64,000 bases of DNA, taken from assembly GCA_964247055.1 (NCBI GenBank), contig OZ176050.1, positions 10,850,001-10,914,000 on the forward strand, in the 5' to 3' direction. Below the pieces are notes generated by a model. It searched no databases. It saw only the letters and a list, made by a program, of their open reading frames with translations, and was not told where the DNA came from. Below, one piece after another: positions 55,901 through 64,000 of the stretch (position 1 is the first letter of the stretch; each line of letters opens with the position of its first letter). Position numbers and translations under genes: made by a program. Origin of the DNA: Paragordius varius. Its lineage: Eukaryota; Animalia; Nematomorpha.

Positions 55901-58900
55901 ACAGAAGTCCACAAAATCGTGTTTTTGAGACAATTTTCCGGAGAACGTGTTGGACCATTCAATTTCAAATATAATTTTTGTTTACTTATTTTCGATTGCG
56001 CCGAACATAGTCGAGCCACTTTTTTAATTTAGGCCCTCTTTTTACCCGCTCCCCCCGTAAAATGCCATTTTTTTCAAAAAACAAAGTCCACAAAAATAAT
56101 TTTCTAAATCGATTTTTCGCCCTAGGTAGGAGACCGTAAAAATTCAATAAAGATTCCACGTATTCCCTGTTAAAAGGCAAAAATTTTAGTCCACCGTTTA
56201 TTTGATGATAGCTGCTGGGTAAGGAGCTACCCGCTAAAAACTGATTTTTCATATAACTTTGTGAACTGTTTCCGGAAAACCGGTGATCCCAATCAAATCC
56301 AAATATCGAAAAAATATAATCATTAATGAATGCCCCGACAATAGCTTCGCCCTTTTTTGGAATTAGGTCCCCAGTTCGGGCCCACCCCGTGTGAAAATTG
56401 GGTTAAGTCAATTTTTTGGAGAACGTGTTGGACCATTCAATTTCAAATATGAATTTTGTTTACTTATTTTTGATCGCGCTGAACATAGTCGAGTCACTTT
56501 TTTGATTTAGGCCCTCTTTTTACCCGCTACCCCCGTAAAATGCCATTTTTTTCAAAAAAAAAACAAAGTCCACAAAAATATTTTTTTGATTGTATTTTTT
56601 TGTCCACGGTATGAGACTGTAAAAATTCGAGAAAGATTTTTCGTATTGCCTGTTAAAAGGCAAAAATTTTAGTCAAGCGTTTCTTTGATGATAGATGCTG
56701 AGTAAGGAGTATCTATCATATGCATAGCATGTTAAAAGATATATGGATATTAATACATTATTATCCTCATCTATCTATATATTTATAAAAATGGAAAATG
56801 CTGGCTTTGTGATCTACAGGAAAAACGGTAGACCCATTCAAATCCAAACTTCGAACCCCCCCCCCCCAGAAGTCCGAAGGACTTCCTCGGGCTGCGTAGC
56901 AGCACGAGATTCACGCTAGTTAAATATAAAATAATTTACCTAGGTCATCTTCAATTGGCAAAGTAAGTTCTTCTGATTCCGTAAATTCTATATATTATAG
57001 AGTACATATATTTGTAAAATAATATGAAAAATCCTTTATCTTAAATAAAAATAAATTAAATTCCAAATATTACGTGTTTTATGATCAAGTGTTGTCGCAG
57101 TTTGATTATGTGGTAAAGTATGTTCCTTTGTCTGTTGAATAATTGTTACCGCAGATTGTTTTGATTTCGCACTATTGTGTGGATTATACTCATGGGATAT
57201 GCCTTTTTGCATATCGTTCGATAGGTGAGGTGACTGGCTTTGTTGAGAATTTATATTAGGTGGTAAACTGTTATTTAAATTGCTCGTGACAATTTGAGCG
57301 CTATGCTGGACATTTCGTGCAGAACCAAACCCAAAAGCTTCTTGCCAATCAGGGACAGTGGGAGTTAAAGTATTAGGACTTTTCGATGATTTAGAATGAG
57401 TAGTACCCAAAATAATTTTATCTCTATGACTTTGATTTTGTATATTTTGATTAAAATTTGGTTCGCGTTCTTCGCCCGTGGGTGAAACATCCAAAGAGCT
57501 AGCTTTAAGTGGTGAAACGTGGTTCAATAACTGTTTCCGTTTCCCATCTCGTAGCAAAAGGATATCTATCCGTTTTTTAGATCCGGCGTTGGAATTGGTA
57601 TTTGCATTTGTGAGTTGTTGTGTTGTGATGATAGGTTGAGAGTTATTTGACGCTGAGTTTGCCATACTATTTGTTGAATTGTATGTGTTAAAATTGTTGC
57701 TTTTAGTTTGATCCAATTGTTTTGTAGTAATACTAGAGTATTGCATTTGACGACTATCATTATAGTTATTATTGTTAGGAGTGTCATCTGAGGCAGAGTA
57801 ATTATTTTCAAAATCATTCGACGATACAAGTTTTTCTTCATTTATATTTACCTCATAATTTGTTAGTAGTTTATGATCACCTGATTCGTGATTTAAATGC
57901 AATGACGTTTCATGAGATACATTGTAATTTGTATGATCTTTAGAATTGTTGGTATTCTGATTTAATGGGACGATGTTTTCATCTTGAGAGGATGAGGATT
58001 TAACACGTTGGTTATACGAATTGATTTCGTTAATAAGATTCAAAATTTCGGCATTACTTATATGATGATGTTGCTGGGGTTCCGTTTGACCATGATATTC
58101 GTTTGTCATATAGTTTGAGTTTTTAAGAGCGTCTGATATATTATTATTCTCAGCTAAGAAATCCTTAGTATTTAGATCATTCGTGTCCTTCCTAATCGTA
58201 TTTTCGGTTGTTTCGTCTTCTGTCACCCAATGTGATCCATCTTTAGACAACTTAACAGTCGGTGATTTAGGGCTGTTATTGGAAAACACGGTAGGTAACG
58301 AGAATCCCTGATCTGCAAAGTATGAAAGGGAAGATAAATTTTCAGTTTCTCTATCCTGAAGAAATATATCTTCATTCCGGTTTATGTTATTTCTACTATT
58401 ATTGTGGTTAGAATTCACATCACCTGGGTCTGTGCTGGAAAATAATTTCTTAAAACTATGACTATTAATGTTGGCGGCACTATTTTGTCTAATATGTCCA
58501 TGAACGTAGGGCGTACTACATAATATAAAATTATAAGTTTTAATTTAAAGAATGTCAAAAAATTATTAAAATACCCTTGTATCAATATATTGGCTGTTAA
58601 AACTACGCAATTTTATCATATAATATATTTTCTAAGCGACAAATTATAAACTAGCTAATCATAATTTAAAAAAAATTCACATTAATTACCTTTCATAATT
58701 TGTGGTGGTGGATCTACGATGACTCGATAAACTTTTGCTATGTCCATCAAAATTTTTATAATCATTATTATCTGTTGTATTTGTTGTACTATCAATGTCT
58801 ATGGTATTTATATTGCCAAAATTTGTATTGTGGTTATTTGTTGATATTGGATAATTATTTGCACTGCTTCGTGTTGCACTATGAGATCTATTTTGATGAT

Positions 58901-61900
58901 ATGGAGGAGGGTAAGAAGTATTGTTATTACCATAACCAAGGGTATTTTTGCTGGCATTACGTTCCCCTCTGTGATTATTCCACGTGCTGCGTATTTCCTC
59001 TTTGGCTATTAATTTGGAATCACTGATTAAGCGCCGATTATGTTGATTGGTATTGGCATTATAATTGTTATTCAAAAGATTCGTATTCCAATGGGATAAA
59101 ACGGATGATTTTGTTGAACCCTGAACATTGTTGCTATCGAGTGTGGTGCTATTATAATTTTCTTGCTGATAACTTGAGGCAACATTGAATTGGCGTGTAT
59201 GATCTGTCGTACTTCGACGGCCAGATATACGGTCATTTCTATTAAATTATATTGTTTATCATGTCTGATTAAAAATACATTGCTAGTTATTTTATATAAC
59301 AATAGCATTTATCCAAAGTAAAGAGCTATATTATTGGCTAAAAGCAGGAAAAAGCGAAAAAAAAACATTTTAAATTTATGCACCAGCTTTAATCCAAAAT
59401 TATGGCTCTAAATGCCAAATAGGTATAGTCAATAGTGTTTAACAAAAAATATCATTTTAATTAGAGATTATTTTTTACGTTTGACAAAGATTACTAATAG
59501 TAATCGAAAATTCAAAATAAATTCATACATTTTTAGTGATTAATAATTGCAATAAAAATACTTTACCAATTATTAGCGTAATAATGAAAAAAAAATGTTT
59601 AAAAAAATCGCGAATAATTCCCTTATGACCTTTACGGTAAAAAGGTAAAATGGATGCTTTGCTCCCCTACTAATAAACACCTTAAAAATATAAACGAAAT
59701 ATTTATAAATAAATGACAATTAGTATCTATCTGAATACTTTTGCAACATTATTTATCAGACAACTTTTTAATTAATGCGTGTTTTTAATGGTAATTGATT
59801 AACGTTTCTAAAATTATTAATAAAAATTAATTTGACTTTCGAAATAAAATTAAATTTTAGCAGACGAATAATAAATAAGTGAAAAAGAAAATTTACCAAT
59901 CAAAATTGCCAAAACGATGATGCGTTATACAAAGTTCAAATGATATAAATTATAAATAGGTTCAATATACACCAAAGTCCGGGCAAAAAAAGATCTGACA
60001 GTATTTATAAAATTTTAGCAATGTATTTTTATTCATACTTACAAATTTTATCTCAAAATTGATTTACATGGTAAAAGGGAAAAAAAATAAATCCCAAAAT
60101 TTGATCACAAAAATAATTTAACGTAAACTACTTACATGTGAAAATCATCTTTGGTAGTTGACATAGTATTTGTAGAATATATTGCGCTTGATTTATCATA
60201 ATTTGCGGTTGTTGTACTACTGTGTTTATTATTATTGGTATTGCGTTTTGAATTGGCATTTTGACTATAGTATTGTTGAAGCAAGTTTTTGTGGTGAGAA
60301 ACTGAAGTAACCACATTGCTGTTTTTTCTGTCGTATAAAGTGGTATTGTCATAATTTCTGTCGATCCGATCGTTGTTATTGTAATTATTATTTTGTGATG
60401 AAGTTGCGGTCGGCGGTGATTTGGACCGAGAATAATTGCTAAAAATGAGCCAGTAATCAATTAGTAAAAACATTTTAAGATAAAAAAAAATTAAATAATA
60501 TAATTCATTGTAATTCTCTTTAACACCGAAAAACTTTTATATGGTAAATTTTACATTATAAATGTGTATTATTTTTTTATTTTGCACGATGAATACCTTC
60601 ATCGTTAACCCCACAATAATTAAGTATAATGTTAAAACCAGGGGTTTAAGAGATATGGCATGGGGTCGCATTTTATGACTTAAACTATAGATTTAATCGC
60701 ATTAGAAACAAAAATATGCAAAAAACATGCGTATCAATAAACATTCCTATTATTTTACCAAATTAAATTTTTGGCCAATAATTTTCTGCTATATAAAATC
60801 TTTTTATGCAAAGCCGTCGATTATATTTAAAATGATTGATTAACAAAATTTTATTATTTTTCAATCGCATAGATTTCTAATAAATGACGAATATTTAATA
60901 AATACAAACAAAGGTATACTAATAATGATAATCGCATCGTTTTTTTTAATAACATGTTAAAAAATTAATACAATTAAATAAACCAAATAATTAATTATTT
61001 TGTTAAAATTGGATAATTTATCAATAATTGATGAAATTATTATGGTATATCTCTCTTAGTATATTTTCTGTTTATACTTTGATTTTATAATAAAATGAGA
61101 CAAAGATTATTTGTAGCATCGAAAATTAATGCAATAAATTAAATTATTGTAAATCCACTATTAATACAATAATATTTCAGGGCAGACAATGTCCAATAAT
61201 TAATTATTTGATTCTTAAATTTGATTTGTAAAACTCTAAAAAATATTTCAATATTTCGAAAATGGATTATTTTATAATTAAGGGCCGTCAAATAAATATA
61301 ACAATTAAGAAAATATACCTTAAACGTTTGCGATGATTCCCATTATTAAATGTGGATGAATAATGAGATGATATGTTATGAGAAGTATTTTGCAAAGTGT
61401 CATAATCTTGAACGCTATCATTGTGTTTGATAATATGAGAATTATCTTTGGCCTAAACACCACAAAAAAATTTTTGTGAGCAAATATCCATAATATATAA
61501 TAAAATAGTCGGAGGAAAACAATTGTAGCCTAAATTTAATAATATCTGTATACAAATCATTTTAAGCTGATAACAAAATAAGATTCAAAAATCTTGGGTA
61601 ATTTATATATTGTGTAAAAAGATTTTAAAAACAAAATATTAAAATAAATCAAAATACCTGAAACTTAGCTAAAGAGTTATGATGTGAAAGGGTGGGTGGT
61701 GGTGAAAAAGATGTCCTGGTTAAAAATTGCGACAAGTTATTCGTTTTAAAATCTTTATTATTATTATAATTTTGTCTTTTTGTTATATTGCTATTGCTAT
61801 TATTGGTACTGTATGAGAGAGAATTTGGTGAAAAATTGAGGTTATTGTTATTAAATGGTTGATTAGATGTGCAAGTGGTGGATGATATCATTGGTAAATA

Positions 61901-63995
61901 ATGGTTTATGAGATCTAAAAACAGTTTTAAATGTTATGTATTATTAAAAGAAGTGGTAAAATTGATTCCATTCAAAAAAAATAAATTTATTTATTTTCAA
62001 AAAAGGGTCATGCATGAGCCATGTATTTTCCCCCACTATTTGGATAATTTTAGTAAAAGGTAATTGTAAAAATCTTAATTAAAGGTTGATTTATAGCACA
62101 ATCTGGTCCATTTCAAAATGCAAAATAATATACCGGGTGAAATCGATGATGATATAGTTTTGGTCACTGTCGTAGTGGTTGTGACAAAATATATGCGCTG
62201 TCTATTATTATTATTATTATTGTTTGTGCCAATGTTATCAGTGGGATCAGCACAGGCAATCGATTCATTTTGGGTGTTGCTATTTATGAATAGGAAATGA
62301 TGATGTTGTTTAGATGACCCATTCAACAATGAAGATTGTGGAGAATTATTATTATTTGTATTATTATTATGGTATTTCAAATCGTCTTCCATTTCATTCA
62401 TACGATAATATTCATCTTTATCATTGACAAGTTCGTAAAGTGTGGTTGGACTAAAACTACTTCTCCCATTAACTGTAACATTAAATACTTAATATATTGA
62501 CGAAAAAATATACCCAAGTAAATTTGTAATCATAAATGGCATCGAAGCATTAAAGCAGTGGTTCCCAACTTATAAAGAACTCAAAAAAATATCAAATGTA
62601 TTTAAAAATTAATCTGTACAATTTCGCACATCTCCCAATAAAATTATTTTAATATTTATGAATGCGTAAAGACTCTTTAATATTTAATGCATAACTTTTG
62701 AGGGGTGCAATTGATAATAAGGGAAAAAACTTTGATTAAAAAAGGATGATTTTGGGGACCACTGCGCTCAAAAAGCACAATTCAACACAACAAATCAAAG
62801 TCTCATACAATTCCTGAATGTATTATTGGAGGTTAGATTAAACGTGGTAGTGCTAGTGTTTGTCGTTGTTAGCACAAAAGTTGTAACATTCACATCTGTT
62901 GTATTACCATCATCCTCCATATAATTATTAATGTTTGATGTAGATATCAGGTTTAGCCCATCAGTCGTTGTCCCATCAAAAGAACCTAACAGGCAAATGG
63001 GTAAGGCGGGAGAAGGACTTCCACAAACCTCAATGAGTAAGCGTTGCTCATATTCTTGATGTTTGCCGGCTTGCATTTCTTCTTTGGTAAAACTTGCTCC
63101 ATCCTCACCCATTTCATGCAAATACATACAATCCTAAAAGTAAATGAAAAAAAAATTGTCAGACACGAACATAATTGAAAACCCAAACCAGAGAATTCCT
63201 AAACGCAAATATTTAAACAAATCCATATACATAGGAGACACACACACAAAATTCTTTTTAATTCCATGAAAAACACTAATTTTCCGTTAAAAAAATGATG
63301 GGGCCATTTTTATAATAATATAACTTGTAACATTTAGTAATAGGTAGAAACCATCTCATAAAAAACTGTGATTTTCCAACGAAATATACATTAATCTATA
63401 ATTGTACAAAAAAATATTTATAGAGTGAGTTAAAAACAACTTACAGTTTTGGGACAAGAGGAACCCTTGAGGAAATGACTGCAATATTTTGTTGTACCAA
63501 GACTAGCCTTAACAGTCCTCCCGTCCATAGCATGATTTTGGTTAATGAATTGAATAGCTCTAAGCGCATCTTCGCTCCGGAAAAAAGTAATGTATGCACT
63601 TGCAGTGGGACCCTGATTACAATATTGCAAAATTAATAAATTAACATTAAATTTATAAATAATTAGTTTAATAATATAGCACGCATGTACCCCGGTGCCA
63701 GCATAAGTTGTACTGGTATTCACAACAACTTTGTTAATCTTCCCAAATCTACCAAAAAATTCTGGCTTTTTCAACACTTCAACATCGGCCAACTTTTGAG
63801 TTAATCCAACAACGAATAAAAGATTCTTTTGGACAACTCTAATTATACGTATAAAAAAATAAAAGATGAATATAATTTTAATATGTAGTGAAATATGAAC
63901 TATACCTGACTTGGGACAAAAGTTTTCGACTTTCCGACACCTTTTGTTTCTTTTGTAAATCCTTTTGCCTTTTCTCATTCTTAATTTTTTGCAAT
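49947..63995 (-). CDS. CNOT4: CCR4-NOT subunit 4 (E3 ligase, RRM + C3H1); RING-encoding 5' exons lie right of the window
   Basis: LQKIKNEKRQK...RKLLSQV/RVVQKNLLFVVGL...PEFFGRFGKI...ASAYITF...DGRTVKASLGTTKYCSHFLK, then DCMYLHE...FTKEEMQAGKHQEYE. Downstream CNOT4 motifs DWQEAFGFGS (~57330) and EDDLG/FDPW..SKALEELI (56938/53983) tie the distal exons to the same gene. Probable stop at 49947-49949; exons 3' of ~53860 are joined by inference. Confidence 0.9.
54144..56919 (+). mobile_element. Non-autonomous Helitron concatemer/tandem array in a CNOT4 intron
   Basis: Inserted between A and T. The 5' end TCTATATATTTATAAAAATG occurs at 54144, 55712 and ~56770. The single 3' end has hairpins GAAGTCC-GAA-GGACTTC and GCTGC-GTA-GCAGC, then CTAG (56916-56919). 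Internal period is 514/514/540/514/545 bp. Confidence 0.88.
62556..62764. mobile_element. hAT/Charlie-like MITE in a CNOT4 intron
   Basis: TIR CAGTGGTTCCCAA / TTGGGGACCACTG (12/13). The TSD is degenerate. Confidence 0.7.
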
Positions 63996-64000
63996 CTAAA

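Noticed and set aside
54059-56252. Repeated ORFs (MARLCSAQ..., MSQKHDF..., MKNQFLAG...)
   Set aside because: They are translations of the Helitron tandem units inside a CNOT4 intron, in several overlapping frames, with no recognisable domain.
58700-59026. Plus-strand ORFs overlapping CNOT4 exons (also 51331, 53577, 62118, 62986)
   Set aside because: These are antisense shadows of Asn/Thr-rich coding exons.

Overview
Very AT-rich (roughly 25% GC by eye) eukaryotic nuclear DNA. It is almost certainly from an animal, since it carries a cadherin and an ankyrin/SOCS-box gene; the species cannot be determined from sequence alone. Recognisable spliced genes are PSMB2 (partial, -), an ankyrin-repeat/SOCS-box protein (-), a QPCTL-like glutaminyl cyclase (+), DNase II (+), a cadherin-repeat membrane protein that may begin with the orphan signal-peptide ORF at 21580 (+), an Aurora kinase (+), a poorly resolved orphan gene (-) and a very long Asn-rich CNOT4 (-, 5' end off-window). 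Many introns are only 21-25 nt long, while others are inflated to 2-3 kb by transposons. The TE content includes nested non-autonomous DNA elements (piggyBac-type inside hAT-type inside an unclassified foldback-like family), a decayed Mos1-like mariner, a near full-length decayed RTE LINE and several MITEs. A 2.8-kb Helitron concatemer sits in a CNOT4 intron. The most unusual object is a 1.7-kb near-perfect palindrome built from a Ty3/Gypsy pol fragment, with TG...CA ends and a perfect 5-bp target-site duplication, inside the last QPCTL intron. Exon boundaries and identities were read by eye and not computed.
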